Assembly (NCBI RefSeq): GCF_902806285.1
Contig: NZ_CADCWA010000057.1
Coordinates: forward strand, 11,079 to 75,078
Length of the DNA stretch: 64,000 nt
Direction: 5' to 3'
Origin: an uncultured Sphingomonas sp.
GTDB taxonomy: Bacteria > Pseudomonadota > Alphaproteobacteria > Sphingomonadales > Sphingomonadaceae
Positions 1 to 10,024 of the stretch are shown one piece after another. The notes beneath the pieces are model-generated. The model was not told the origin of the DNA. It saw only the letters and a program-made list of their open reading frames with translations, and ran no database searches. The position numbers were made by a program, and so were the translations under genes. Positions within the stretch are counted from its first letter, which is position 1. Each line of letters starts with the position of its first letter.

Positions 1-793
1 TGACGAGCGGCGGGAACTGGGCGGCGAGCACCGCGCCCATCGCCCAGAAGAAGCTGATCGCCATGATCGCCATGAATAGGCGCGGAATGTGCATGGTCGC
101 CTTGATCAGGCGCACGGACGCCCGCAGGATGTGCCAGTCCATCCCGGGTTCGGGAAACTCGGGGTCGTCGGGTACGTCGGACGGTGGTGCCGGTGGAACG
201 AACTGCCCGGCGATCCGGCCGATCACCGCCACCAGCAGAACCGCCGCAGCCGCCCATTCGGCATGGTAGCTGCCATCCGGCCGCTGGAGCACCAGCAGAC
301 CGCCGAGGATCGTTCCGCCGAGAATGCCGATGTAAGTGCCCGCTTCCACCAGACCCGTTCCCGCCAGCACCTCGTCCTCGCGCAGGTGCTGCGGCAGGAT
401 CGCGTATTTGATCGGCCCGAAGAAGGTCGAATGCACGCCCATGGCGGCGAGCGCGGCGAGCAGCAGGGGAATGTTGTGGAGCAGCAGCCCGGCGGCGCCG
501 AAGACCATGATGACGATCTCTGCGGTCTTCACGACCCGGATGATGCGGGCCTTGTCCATCGCGTCGGCAAGCTGGCCGGCCAGCGCCGACAGGAGAAAGA
601 AGGGAAGGATGAACAGCCCGCCGGCGACCGCGCTGAAGGTCGCTTCCTGCTCGGCGCTGCGGTAGATGCCGTAGATCACCAGGAGCACCATGGCGGTGCG
701 GAACAGGTTGTCGTTGAACGCCCCCAGGAATTGGGTGACGAAGATCGGCAGGAATCGGCGGCGCAGCAGCAGTCTGGACGAGGCTTCGGTCAA
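1..793 (-). CDS. MFS transporter, LplT/Aas-like (5' part; runs off the left window edge)
   Basis: Manual reverse-strand translation from TTG at 793 gives MTEASSRLLLRRRFLPIFVTQFLGAFNDNLFRTAMV..., a typical LplT-like MFS N-terminus; absent from the ORF track because it is truncated. Confidence 0.8.
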   Translation of the reverse strand, partial: MTEASSRLLLRRRFLPIFVTQFLGAFNDNLFRTAMVLLVIYGIYRSAEQEATFSAVAGGLFILPFFLLSALAGQLADAMDKARIIRVVKTAEIVIMVFGAAGLLLHNIPLLLAALAAMGVHSTFFGPIKYAILPQHLREDEVLAGTGLVEAGTYIGILGGTILGGLLVLQRPDGSYHAEWAAAAVLLVAVIGRIAGQFVPPAPPSDVPDDPEFPEPGMDWHILRASVRLIKATMHIPRLFMAIMAISFFWAMGAVLAAQFPPLV

Positions 794-931
794 CTGGCAG
801 GCCTTGGGAAGGCGCATGGACGCGCTGGGAGCCGGGCCAGCCATAACGGCTCGGAAGCGCTCGGCAAGGGTGCCGCGCCCGCTTACGCTTTTGCAAAGCT
901 AGGAGCAGCGCCTAATAGGCTTTCTGCTGAA

Positions 932-1498
932 ATGCTCTCGCTGCCCAACCTCCTGACCCTGTCGCGCATCCTGGCGGTGCCGATCCTGGTGTTCCTGCTG
1001 TGGCGGCCGGCGCCGCTCGATTACGCGATCACCTTTGTGCTCTACTGCATCGTCGGGATCACCGATTATTTCGATGGCTATCTGGCGCGGGCGCAGGGGC
1101 AGATCAGCCGGTTGGGCCAGTTCCTGGATCCGATCGCCGACAAGGTCATGGTGGCGGCGGTGATCATGATGCTGGTGTCGACCCGCAAGTCGAGCGGCGA
1201 GCCGATCATCCACGGGCTGCATATCCTGCCCGCGCTGACCATTCTGCTGCGCGAGATGGTCGTGTCGGGCTTGCGCGAGTTCCTGGCGCCGCTGCATGTG
1301 TCGATGCCGGTGAGCCAGCTGGCCAAGTGGAAGACGACGTTCCAGCTGGTCGCCTTGGGCGCGCTGATCCTGGCGGGGGCGGTGCCCCGCGAGGAGTGGG
1401 TCCATGCGGTCGGCCTCGCCAGCCTGTGGGCGGCTGCGACGCTGACCCTGGTCACCGGCTGGGATTACTTACGCACCGGCATCAAGCACATGGATTGA
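932..1498 (+). CDS. pgsA: CDP-diacylglycerol--glycerol-3-phosphate 3-phosphatidyltransferase
   Basis: LPNLLTLSRI N-terminus and CDP-alcohol phosphotransferase motif DYFDGYLAR..G..LDPIADK; start at ATG 932 within ORF 89..1498. Confidence 0.93.
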   Translation: MLSLPNLLTLSRILAVPILVFLLWRPAPLDYAITFVLYCIVGITDYFDGYLARAQGQISRLGQFLDPIADKVMVAAVIMMLVSTRKSSGEPIIHGLHILPALTILLREMVVSGLREFLAPLHVSMPVSQLAKWKTTFQLVALGALILAGAVPREEWVHAVGLASLWAAATLTLVTGWDYLRTGIKHMD

Positions 1499-1510
1499 AG
1501 GGAGAGGGTC

Positions 1511-1891
1511 ATGGCGAAGGACAAGAAGAGCAAGAAAGCCAAGAAGGGGGATGGCAAGCTGGAGCTGATCGCGGGCCCCGATGCCGGCGGCGAGCAGAAG
1601 GCTGGCGGCAAGGAGCAGAAGGGCAAAAAGGGCAAGGAGAGCGGCAAGGCCGGTGGCGGGCTGGAAAGCCTGGTGAAGCTGGCCGACCACCCGCTGGTGG
1701 GCGACCTGATCGCGGTGGGCGCGCTCGCGGCCGTGGCGGCGATCGCCGAAAGCGGCAAGAACGATCCCGCGAAGCTGAAGTCCGCCAATGCGGTGAAGTC
1801 GGCCGGCAAGGCTGCGGCGGCGGCGATCGGCGCGCGCCTCCTCAAGGAAGTAACCGCGGGCGGCGACGCCAAGAAGGCGAACGGGGCCTAG
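1511..1891 (+). CDS. Lys/Gly/Ala-rich hypothetical protein
   Basis: GGAG RBS, strong GC3 codon bias, fills the gap between pgsA and rsmD. Confidence 0.7.
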   Translation: MAKDKKSKKAKKGDGKLELIAGPDAGGEQKAGGKEQKGKKGKESGKAGGGLESLVKLADHPLVGDLIAVGALAAVAAIAESGKNDPAKLKSANAVKSAGKAAAAAIGARLLKEVTAGGDAKKANGA

Positions 1892-2424
1892 CCAGGTCGG
1901 CGGAGCAGCGTCACGCGGGCGCGGCCGCTGTCGCGTTCGGCTTCGAGGTCAAGTCCGCCGGAGTCCACCCGGTCGCCACGCGCGGTCTCGACGGCAAGCC
2001 AGCCGCCCGGCGCCAGCCAGCCGGCGGCCTCGACCGCGCCCACAACCGCGCTGCCAGAGCCCGCGGCATAAGGCGGGTCGGCGAGGACGAGGTCGAAGGC
2101 CGCACCGTGCGGAAGTTGCTGCGCCGAATGGGCGGCAACGGCCACTTTCGTCTCCAGCGTGCGGGCGTTGGCGGCGATGGCGGCGCGGGCTGCCGGGTCC
2201 GTTTCCACGAAGGTGACGTGCGCGGCGCCGCGGGACAGGGCCTCGAACCCCAGCGCGCCGCTGCCCGCGTACAGGTCCGCCACCTGCAACCCTTCAAAGC
2301 TGCCCAGGCGGCTGCCAAGCATGTTGAACAGCGTTTCGCGGGTGCGGTCCGCCGTCGGCCGGGTGGCGGAGCCGGGCGGAGCCACCAGCGGCCGTCCGCG
2401 CCAGCGCCCGGCGATTACCCTCAT
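1888..2424 (-). CDS. rsmD: 16S rRNA m2G966 methyltransferase
   Basis: MRVIAGRWRGR...TRPTADR.RE.LFN, DLYAGSGALG.EALSRGA, DPPY. Confidence 0.93.
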   Translation of the reverse strand: MRVIAGRWRGRPLVAPPGSATRPTADRTRETLFNMLGSRLGSFEGLQVADLYAGSGALGFEALSRGAAHVTFVETDPAARAAIAANARTLETKVAVAAHSAQQLPHGAAFDLVLADPPYAAGSGSAVVGAVEAAGWLAPGGWLAVETARGDRVDSGGLDLEAERDSGRARVTLLRRPG

Positions 2425-3245
2425 GCCAGGGTTCGGCGGAACCGGAACAGCTCCTCGCGCTGGACCTCGCCGACCTGACCCGGCTCGAGGTCTTCGATCG
2501 TGAAGGGTCCGTAGGACGTGCGGATCAGGCGGGAGACCTGGAGGCCGAGGAAGGCAAGCACCCGGCGCACTTCGCGGTTCTTGCCTTCGGTCAGGGCGAG
2601 CTCAATCCAGCAGTTGCGGCCGGTGCGCCGCTCCAGGTTGGCGTCTATCGAGCCGTAGCGGACGCCTTCGATCTCGATCCCTTCCGACAGCTCCTCCAGC
2701 CGCGCCTGGGTGACGTCGCCGAAGGCGCGGGCACGGTAGCGGCGGACCACGCCGGTGCTGGGCAGCTCGAGCTGCCGCTTCAGCTCGCCGTCGTTGGTCA
2801 GCAGCAGCAGCCCTTCGGTCATGAAGTCGAGCCGGCCGACGGGAATGACCCGCGGCAAGCCGGCGGGAAGCCGGTCGTAGATGGTGGAACGGCCCTTGGG
2901 ATCGTTAGCGGCCGTCAGGCAACTCGGCGGCTTGTAGAAGCGCCACAACCGAGCCGCTGCCGGAGGCCGCACCGGCTTGCCGTCGACGGTCACGCCCGCG
3001 AGGCTCTCCAGCAGCGTCGCGGGGGTGGTCAGGGCCTCGCCGTTCAGCGCGATCCGCCCTTCCGCAATCATCCGCTCCACGTCGCGGCGCGAGGCGATCC
3101 CGGCGCGAGCGAGCAGCTTGGCGATCCGTTGCGGGCCGGCTTCGCGGGCGGGCGGCGGCCCGCGCCGGGCGCCTTGCGCCGGAGCCCGCACTTTCCGCGC
3201 CGGCTTTTGCGGCACCGCCAAGCCGTTCGTTCGTTCCGGGGGCAA
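2421..3245 (-). CDS. rluB: rRNA pseudouridine synthase (RluB/RsuA family, S4 domain)
   Basis: S4 motif RIAKLLARAGIASRR, catalytic VGRLD, EGKNREVRR; start codon uncertain. Confidence 0.85.
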   Translation of the reverse strand: MPPERTNGLAVPQKPARKVRAPAQGARRGPPPAREAGPQRIAKLLARAGIASRRDVERMIAEGRIALNGEALTTPATLLESLAGVTVDGKPVRPPAAARLWRFYKPPSCLTAANDPKGRSTIYDRLPAGLPRVIPVGRLDFMTEGLLLLTNDGELKRQLELPSTGVVRRYRARAFGDVTQARLEELSEGIEIEGVRYGSIDANLERRTGRNCWIELALTEGKNREVRRVLAFLGLQVSRLIRTSYGPFTIEDLEPGQVGEVQREELFRFRRTLA

Positions 3246-3272
3246 AATTCTGTTCCTTCGTGGGGGTGCCTG

Positions 3273-3752
3273 GTGCTGTTCGGCAAGCGCAAGCGGATCG
3301 TCAAGCGCATCCTCATCGTGGAGGATGAGCCGCTAGTCGCGTTCGACAATGAGACCATGGTCGCGGATGCCGGCTACACGGTGGTGGCGACGGTCGACGA
3401 ATACAAGGACGCGCTCGAAGCGATCGACAGCGAGCTCGAGGCGCTACCGCCGAGCGGAGACGACGACGAGGAGGAACGCGGCATCGACCTCATCCTGACC
3501 GATATCACGCTGGCGGGCGATAGGACCGGCTACGACGTGGCGCGCGCGGCCACCGAGCGCGGCATCCCTGTGCTGTTCGTCACCGCCAGCCCGCCGCAGG
3601 ATGCCGAGGCGCTGGCATTGGGTTACCTGCTCAAGCCCTACCAGGAGCGGACCCTGCGCGCGGCGCTGAAGGCAGTCGACCGGACATTGTCGGGAGAGCA
3701 GGCGAAGGTGCCCGAAGGTCTGGTGCTGTTCCCACCGCCGCCGGCAGGATAA
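3273..3752 (+). CDS. Single-domain response regulator (receiver)
   Basis: ILIVEDE, DLILTDI, VLFVT, LLKP receiver motifs; GTG start at 3273. Confidence 0.85.
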   Translation: MLFGKRKRIVKRILIVEDEPLVAFDNETMVADAGYTVVATVDEYKDALEAIDSELEALPPSGDDDEEERGIDLILTDITLAGDRTGYDVARAATERGIPVLFVTASPPQDAEALALGYLLKPYQERTLRAALKAVDRTLSGEQAKVPEGLVLFPPPPAG

Positions 3753-3824
3753 GCTACTCACCCTCTATTAATGCGCGATGCGGCTGCTAAGCAGCGTGAG
3801 GGCGCTGCGGACGGGGAGGGAAGC

Positions 3825-5207
3825 TTGGCAACGCAGGCGGAAGGAAGCGTCGATCTTGGCTGGCGGCGGAGCCTGCCCGAGAGCATCCGGCCGTATACGG
3901 AACCCGCGCCGATCGCGGCCTTCTTCCTGGGGGTTTCCTCCGGCTTCCCTTATGCGATGATCGGCGCCACGCTGACCACGCGTCTGGCGCAGGATGGCAT
4001 CGATAAGAAGACGGTGACCGCGTTCACGCTGGTCTTCCTCGCCTACAACTTCAAGTTCCTGTGGGCGTGGATCGTCGACGGCATACGCCTGCCGCTGCTC
4101 GGTCGCCTAGGCCAGCGGGTATCGTGGATGCTGGTGATGGGCGCTCTGGTGATCGTAGCGGTGGTCAACTTGGCGTTCCAGGATCCTGCCGCGAGCATCG
4201 GCAGCGTGGCCACCGCCGCCATCCTGGTCGGCATCGCCGGCGCAAGCTTCGACATCGTCATCGACGCCTTCCGCATCGAGATCCTGGAGCCCCGCCAACT
4301 CGGCGTGGGCTCGGGCATGAACCAATATGGCTGGCGGATCGGCTCGGCCGGCGCGGGCGCGCTTGCCCTGGTGGTCGCCGCACGCGCCGGGTGGGAAGCG
4401 GCCTACCTCGCCTGCGCCGCCCTGGCGCTGCCGGCGATGCTGGTTGCGCTGTTCTGGGGTGAGCCGCAGCGGCACCGCGAACCCGTTGCACGCCGCGGGA
4501 TGGGCGAAGCGATCCGCGCCGTCTATGGCCCGTTTGTGGAGTTCTTCCAGCGGCACGGCGCATTATTGGTGCTGCTGTTCATCCTGCTCCACAAGATCGG
4601 CGATACGCTCGGCCAGTTGACGTTGCGGCTGTTGCTCGACGACCTCGGCTTCAGCAACGACGAGATCGCAATCTACGACGTGGGCGTGGGTTTCTGGGCC
4701 TACCTCATCGGCATCTTCGTCGGCGGGGTGCTCTACTCCAAGCTGGGGATGAAGCGGTCTGTGCTGATTAGCCTCATTCTGATGGGCGTATCGAACTTCA
4801 CGTTCGCGCTGCTAGCTCAAGCGGGGCACAGTAATCTGGGGCTTGCGGGAGCCATCGGATTCGAGAACTTCGCCAGCGGTATCGGCGGCGTCGTGGTGGT
4901 CGCCTACTTCTCCGCGCTCTGCAACCTAAGCTTCACCGCTTCGCAGTATGCGCTCATCTCGGCTGCCGCGAGCATCGTCGGCCGGTTCATCACGGGAACC
5001 AGCGCCGGCGCGCTGGTGGAGAGCATGGGCTACGTCAACTTCTACCTGCTGACAACAGTGGCAGCCTTGCCCGGCATCTTGCTGTTCTGGTGGATGATGC
5101 GGGCCGGTCTGGTGGACAGCTCGATGGGCACCGCCGGCACCGTGGGCGAAGGCGACGCACGGGCCGACGCCGCGGAGGCGGAGGTCAAGCCGGCGCCTGG
5201 CCGTTGA
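3825..5207 (+). CDS. ampG: AmpG-family muropeptide MFS permease
   Basis: FLGVSSGFP, YNFKFLWAWIVD, ASFDIVIDAFRIE, ASQYAL motifs; start uncertain (3771 or 3825). Confidence 0.88.
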   Translation: MATQAEGSVDLGWRRSLPESIRPYTEPAPIAAFFLGVSSGFPYAMIGATLTTRLAQDGIDKKTVTAFTLVFLAYNFKFLWAWIVDGIRLPLLGRLGQRVSWMLVMGALVIVAVVNLAFQDPAASIGSVATAAILVGIAGASFDIVIDAFRIEILEPRQLGVGSGMNQYGWRIGSAGAGALALVVAARAGWEAAYLACAALALPAMLVALFWGEPQRHREPVARRGMGEAIRAVYGPFVEFFQRHGALLVLLFILLHKIGDTLGQLTLRLLLDDLGFSNDEIAIYDVGVGFWAYLIGIFVGGVLYSKLGMKRSVLISLILMGVSNFTFALLAQAGHSNLGLAGAIGFENFASGIGGVVVVAYFSALCNLSFTASQYALISAAASIVGRFITGTSAGALVESMGYVNFYLLTTVAALPGILLFWWMMRAGLVDSSMGTAGTVGEGDARADAAEAEVKPAPGR

Positions 5208-6471
5208 GGGCAAGGACCTCCCCGGCGAGGTAGAGCGAGCCGGCGATCAGGACCGGGCGGTCCGCAGGCGCGGCGGCGAGGGCTTCGGATATGGTCGGAA
5301 AGGGCCGCGCTGGCATGCCCAGCTCTTTGGCGACCGCGGCCAGTTCGCCGGGAGTGAAGCTCTCGTGCTCGGCGATCGGCACCGCGTGGACGCGTTCGGC
5401 AATCTCCCGAAAGGGGGCTAGCAGCCCGCGCAAGTCCTTGCTGCGGAGGCTGCCGGCGATCAGGGTTAGCGGCGCCTTGTCGCGGACGGCGCAAGCCAGA
5501 GCCTGGGCCGCGTCGGCGTTGTGGCCGCCGTCGAGCCAGACCTCGCGGGCGCCGACCAGCGGCCCGGGCTCGAGCTTCTGCAGGCGCGCGGGCCACTCGG
5601 CCCAGTTCATGGCGGCGGTCAGCGCCCGCTCCGGCACCCGCAGCCGGTCCTGGTGGCGCAGCATGGCGACCGCCAGCGCGGCGTTCATCGATTGATGCAG
5701 TCCCGGCAGGCGCGGCCGGGGGAGCAACAGCTCGCCCCGGCGGTCGCGGTAGTGAATGCCGTCCCGTTCGCCCTGCGCGTCCCAAGCCGAGCCGCGGGGG
5801 AGCCACCGGGCGCCCCGCTGCGCCGCGACCTGCCCCACGCGCGCGGCCGCAGTACGCTCGTAATCCTGGGTGATGAGGGGAACGCCTTGCTTCGCAATGC
5901 CTGCCTTTTCGCCCGCGATCTCCGGCAGCGTGGCGCCAAGCCAAAACTGATGATCGATGCCGAGCGCGGCGATGCCGCAGCTCAGCGGCCGTTCGACCAG
6001 GTTGGTGGCGTCCAGGCGCCCGCCCATGCCGACCTCCACCACCGCCGCGTCAGCGGGCTCGCGGGAAAAGGCGAGAAAGGCGCCGGCAGTGGCGACCTCG
6101 AAGAAGCTGGGCTCGATTCCGGCGCTCGCGTCCAGCACTTGCCCGAGCAGATCGGCCAGGGCGTCGTCCCCGATCAGCTGGCCGGCGAGGCGGAAGCGCT
6201 CGTTGAAGCGGACCAGGTGGGGCGAGGTGAAGAGGTGGACGCGGTAGCCAGATGCTTCCAGCGCGGCGCGGAGAAAGGCGCAGGTCGAGCCCTTGCCGTT
6301 GGTGCCGGCAACGTGGAGCACCGGCGGGAGCGCGTCCTGGGGCCGGCCGAGCCGGTCGAGCAGGCGGGTGATCCGATCGAGGCCGAGGCGGTCGCCGCCG
6401 GGGCTGAGCCGGGCGAGGCGGTCGAGCTGCGTCTGTACGCCCGGGTGGGTGGAGCGGGCATGATCAGGCAT
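5185..6471 (-). CDS. folC: Folylpolyglutamate synthase/dihydrofolate synthase
   Basis: HVAGTNGKGST, FTSPHL, EVGMGGRLDATN, LDGGHN. Confidence 0.95.
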   Translation of the reverse strand: MPDHARSTHPGVQTQLDRLARLSPGGDRLGLDRITRLLDRLGRPQDALPPVLHVAGTNGKGSTCAFLRAALEASGYRVHLFTSPHLVRFNERFRLAGQLIGDDALADLLGQVLDASAGIEPSFFEVATAGAFLAFSREPADAAVVEVGMGGRLDATNLVERPLSCGIAALGIDHQFWLGATLPEIAGEKAGIAKQGVPLITQDYERTAAARVGQVAAQRGARWLPRGSAWDAQGERDGIHYRDRRGELLLPRPRLPGLHQSMNAALAVAMLRHQDRLRVPERALTAAMNWAEWPARLQKLEPGPLVGAREVWLDGGHNADAAQALACAVRDKAPLTLIAGSLRSKDLRGLLAPFREIAERVHAVPIAEHESFTPGELAAVAKELGMPARPFPTISEALAAAPADRPVLIAGSLYLAGEVLALNGQAPA

Positions 6472-6476
6472 GTTTC

Positions 6477-6586
6477 AGCTGCTCCCCCTTGGGGGAGATG
6501 CCGCGAAGCGGCAGAGGGGTAAGATTTTGCGAAGACACACCCCTCTGTCGTGCTGCGCACGACATCTCCCCCGGGGGGGAGAAGCT
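6477..6586. repeat. AGCT-bounded palindromic REP/MITE-like element (family A, copy 1)
   Basis: AGCTGCTCCCCCTTGGGGGAGATG...GACATCTCCCCCGGGGGGGAGAAGCT; similar to 15512-15668 and 58799-58896. Confidence 0.8.
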
Positions 6587-6591
6587 GTGCG

Positions 6592-7446
6592 TCACGCCGC
6601 CTTCCTCTCCGGCGTGAGATAGCCGATGAGCCTGCCCAAGGTGGCGCGGAGCTCGGAGCGGTGCACCACCATGTCGATCATGCCATGTTCCAGCAGGTAT
6701 TCGGCCCGCTGAAAGCCTTGGGGCAGCTTCTCGCGGATGGTCTGCTCGATGACACGTTGGCCCGCGAAGCCGATCAGCGCGCCCGGCTCGGCCAGCTGCA
6801 CGTCGCCGAGCATGGCGTAGGATGCCGTGACGCCGCCGGTGGTCGGGTCGGTGAGGACCACGACGTAGGGCAGGCCGGCCTCGCGCAGCTGAGCCAGCGC
6901 GACGGTGGAGCGCGGCATCTGCATCAGGCTGAGGATGCCCTCCTGCATCCGCGCGCCGCCCGCCGCGGTGAAGATGATGTAGGGCGTCCGCGCGTCGATC
7001 GCCGCCTTCACTCCGGCAACGAAGGCCGAGCCGACCGCCACGCCCATGGAACCGCCCATGAAGGCGAAATCCTGCACGCCGACCGTTGCCGTATGGCCGC
7101 CGATCTCGCCCCGGGCGTTGAGAAGCGCGTCGCGTTCGTCCGTGCTGGTACGCGCGGCGCGGAGGCGGTCGACGTACTTTTTGGTGTCGCGGAACTTCAG
7201 CGGATCCTCGCGCACCTCGGGGGCGGGCAGAATGCCGTAATCGCCATCGTCGAACAGGGTGGCGAAGCGCTGGTGCGGACGGATTCGGTCATGATGATTG
7301 CACCGCGGGCACACCCACAGATTCTCTTCCCATTCCTTGGTGAAGATCATCGACTGGCACTTGTCGCATTTATGCCAGAGATTGTCGGGCACCTGGCGCT
7401 TGGGCAGAAAAGGAATGCCGTTGCGGACGCGGCCGAGCCAGCTCAT
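6592..7446 (-). CDS. accD: Acetyl-CoA carboxylase carboxyltransferase beta subunit
   Basis: CxxC..CxxC zinc finger, [26 protein letters not shown]. Confidence 0.96.
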   Translation of the reverse strand: MSWLGRVRNGIPFLPKRQVPDNLWHKCDKCQSMIFTKEWEENLWVCPRCNHHDRIRPHQRFATLFDDGDYGILPAPEVREDPLKFRDTKKYVDRLRAARTSTDERDALLNARGEIGGHTATVGVQDFAFMGGSMGVAVGSAFVAGVKAAIDARTPYIIFTAAGGARMQEGILSLMQMPRSTVALAQLREAGLPYVVVLTDPTTGGVTASYAMLGDVQLAEPGALIGFAGQRVIEQTIREKLPQGFQRAEYLLEHGMIDMVVHRSELRATLGRLIGYLTPERKAA

Positions 7447-7470
7447 TCGTTCGCCTCGCTTGATGAACGG

Positions 7471-8169
7471 TCAGGCGCCTAGCGCGGTGCGGGGTCGGAG
7501 GGAAGCGGCGATGTCCCGTGCCGCCTGCGCCGGGTCGGCGGCTGCGGTGATCGGCCGCCCGACGACCAGCATGGATGCACCCGCGGCGAGGGCGTCGCGC
7601 GGGCTCGCCACCCGCTTCTGGTCCCCGACCTCGCCCCCCGCCGGGCGGATGCCGGGGACGACGAAATGACCGTCCGGCCAGGCTGCCCGCGCCGCGGCGA
7701 CTTCCGCGCCCGAGCAGACGATCCCGTCGCAGCCGGACCCGCGCGCCAGCGCCGCCAATCGGCCGACCTGTTCGCCGGAGGTGCCTTGGACGCCGACGCT
7801 TTGCAGGTCATCGTCGTCAAGGCTGGTGAGCACGGTGACCGCGACGACCTTGGTCCCTTGCGCTGCCGCGGCCTTGGCGGCGGACAGCATGGCGGCGCCC
7901 CCGGCGGCATGCACCGTCAGGACGGCGGGGTGCAGGGAGGCAAGCGCCGCGATCGCCTTGGCCACGGTGTTGGGGATGTCGTGGAGCTTCAGGTCGAGAA
8001 AGATCGGCAGGCCCGACCGGCCGACCGCTTGAACGCCGGCTGGTCCGTTGGCCGCGAAGAACTCCCACCCCAGCTTCAGCCCGCCGACATGCTCCCGGAC
8101 CGCCGTTGCGAGGTCGGCGGCGCGGGCGAGGTCGGGTGTGTCGAGTGCGACGAAAAGGGGATTGCTCAT
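7471..8169 (-). CDS. pyrF: Orotidine-5'-phosphate decarboxylase
   Basis: VALD, FLDLKLHDIPNTV, VTVLTS, PGIRP, DQKR, VVGRPI. Confidence 0.96.
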   Translation of the reverse strand: MSNPLFVALDTPDLARAADLATAVREHVGGLKLGWEFFAANGPAGVQAVGRSGLPIFLDLKLHDIPNTVAKAIAALASLHPAVLTVHAAGGAAMLSAAKAAAAQGTKVVAVTVLTSLDDDDLQSVGVQGTSGEQVGRLAALARGSGCDGIVCSGAEVAAARAAWPDGHFVVPGIRPAGGEVGDQKRVASPRDALAAGASMLVVGRPITAAADPAQAARDIAASLRPRTALGA

Positions 8170-8462
8170 GCCGGACCCAGCCGGTTGTCGGGGGAGCGTT
8201 CAACCGCCGGAGGGTTGGCGGTGAGCACCGGCGAGTGCCCCTGCACGGCCAGGCGCCGCTTCAGCTGCCAGATGCGGCTGCGCAGCGTCAGCCAGGTCGG
8301 CAGGAAGCCGAGCAGAAAAGCGAGGGTGACAAGCAGCGGGAGCTTGATATCGGCCTGCAGCGTGCCCCACAGGTTCAGCGTGACATCCGACCAATTGTTG
8401 CGCGCCATGATGGCGAGGAACACGGCCACGACGATCCAGAAGAGCGTTCGCAGGAACTGCAT
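8166..8462 (-). CDS. LapA-like small membrane protein
   Basis: MQFLRTLFWIVVAV...N..DVTLNLW, two TM segments, overlaps the pyrF start. Confidence 0.75.
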   Translation of the reverse strand: MQFLRTLFWIVVAVFLAIMARNNWSDVTLNLWGTLQADIKLPLLVTLAFLLGFLPTWLTLRSRIWQLKRRLAVQGHSPVLTANPPAVERSPDNRLGPA

Positions 8463-8606
8463 GAGGCGGACCCTAGGCCGGCACTCGGCCGATTTCCAGC
8501 AGCGTGCGTTCGTCGCTCTCGTGCGTCGGTTGGACGCAGCGCTTGAGGCTGCGCCGTTGAGCGGCCGGCATTCCGCCGTCAGACGGACGGCCGGGAGGGT
8601 GAGGTC

Positions 8607-9947
8607 TTGAACAAGCTGACGGTCCTGGGCGCGGGCGCGTGCCTGCTGGTCGCCGGTGCGCTGGCCAGCGTGCGGGTGATCGACCAGCCGGCGGCCCAGG
8701 CACGGCCGACCAGCCCCGCTGCGGCCAATCTGCACCTTGCCAAGGTCACTCCGGCAGCGCGGCGCGATATCGATTACGCGGCGCTCGACGCGCGGCTGCA
8801 GCGGATGGTCGCCAAGCCCAGCATGGTCGGCCTGGCCGTCGGGATCGTGGAGAACGGCCGGATCACCTTCCTGTCGGGCTATGGCGAGACGGTTGCGGGG
8901 TCGGGCGAGAAGGTCACCCCCGAGACGGTGTTCCGCTGGGCGTCGGTCAGCAAGGGCGTTGCTTCCACCATGGTCGCCAAGCTCGCGGAGCAGGGCCGGG
9001 TCAAGCTCGACGCACCGGTGGTGAACTACGCCCCGGGGCTGAAGCTGCCGGGCGGTGCCGAATACCGGGCCACGGTCCGCGACCTGCTCAGCCACCGCCT
9101 CGGCCTGTACCGCAACGCGCTCGACAACAAGTTGGAGGAAGGGCAGCAACCGGCGCTGCTCCGGCGCGAACTGGCGAGCCTCAATGCCATCTGCCAGCCC
9201 GGGACCTGCTGGAGCTACCAGAACATCGCCTTTGACGCGTCCAGCGACATCGTCGCGCGGGCGGCGAACATGCCGTTTTCGGACGCGGTCAGGCAGCAGC
9301 TGTTCGATCCCATCGGCATGACCAGCGCCAGCATGAGCCGCGAGGGGCTGGTCACGGCGCGCAGCTGGGCGCGTCCGCACAGCGCCGGTCGGCGGCCGCT
9401 GGAGGTGCTTGAGCCCTACTACCGCGTGCCGGCCGCGGGCGGGGTGAACAGCAACATCAAGGACATGGCACTGTGGCTGATCGCGCAGGCCGGCGGCATG
9501 CCCAGCGTGCTGTCGCCGGGTCTGCTTCAGACCATCCACACGCCGGTGGTGAAGACCCCGGGCGAGCGCGGGCGGCTGCGCAAGTTCCTGGAACGGGTCG
9601 GCGACGCCTATTACGGCCTGGGCTGGCGCTACTACAACTATGCCGGGCACCCGATCGTCGGCCACCGCGGCGGAGTCAGCGGCTACCGTTCGCTGATCCT
9701 GTTCGACCCCCAGCGCAGGAGCGGCGTGGTGGCCTTGTGGAACAGCAGCACCAGCCAGCCCGGCGGACTGGAGTTCGAGGTGATGGACATGCTCTATCAC
9801 CTGCCGTTCCGCGACTGGATGGAGCTGGACAAGGTGCCCGGACCGCCGGCCCCGCTCGAAGTGCCGGAGGAGCCGGAAGCCACGGAGGCGATCGAAACGA
9901 TCGCGCTTGAGAACGTCGTCGGCGGTGGCGCTCGCGCCAGCCGCTAG
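8607..9947 (+). CDS. Exported serine hydrolase (beta-lactamase/class C-like family)
   Basis: Signal peptide, SVSK (SxxK), YQN, HRG motifs, LLSH. Confidence 0.88.
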   Translation: MNKLTVLGAGACLLVAGALASVRVIDQPAAQARPTSPAAANLHLAKVTPAARRDIDYAALDARLQRMVAKPSMVGLAVGIVENGRITFLSGYGETVAGSGEKVTPETVFRWASVSKGVASTMVAKLAEQGRVKLDAPVVNYAPGLKLPGGAEYRATVRDLLSHRLGLYRNALDNKLEEGQQPALLRRELASLNAICQPGTCWSYQNIAFDASSDIVARAANMPFSDAVRQQLFDPIGMTSASMSREGLVTARSWARPHSAGRRPLEVLEPYYRVPAAGGVNSNIKDMALWLIAQAGGMPSVLSPGLLQTIHTPVVKTPGERGRLRKFLERVGDAYYGLGWRYYNYAGHPIVGHRGGVSGYRSLILFDPQRRSGVVALWNSSTSQPGGLEFEVMDMLYHLPFRDWMELDKVPGPPAPLEVPEEPEATEAIETIALENVVGGGARASR

Positions 9948-9976
9948 CAGGCCCTTGTCGCGACTGGTTCGCAGCA

Positions 9977-10002
9977 GGAACAATCCCGCGGCGGTGCCGG
10001 TT
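9977..10002 (+). promoter_or_regulatory. EcfG (sigmaT)-type general stress promoter
   Basis: GGAAC-N17-GGTT upstream of the hemerythrin gene. Confidence 0.6.
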
Positions 10003-10024
10003 TCGTGGACAAAGGAGATTTCCC

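Noticed and set aside
8607-9947. Calling the SxxK protein or the APH-like kinase (37379..38446) antibiotic resistance genes
   Set aside because: Both belong to broad housekeeping families; the motifs alone do not support a resistance function
8463-9983. 605-aa extension of the LapA-like ORF
   Set aside because: Antisense to the serine hydrolase; only the last 98 codons look like a real gene
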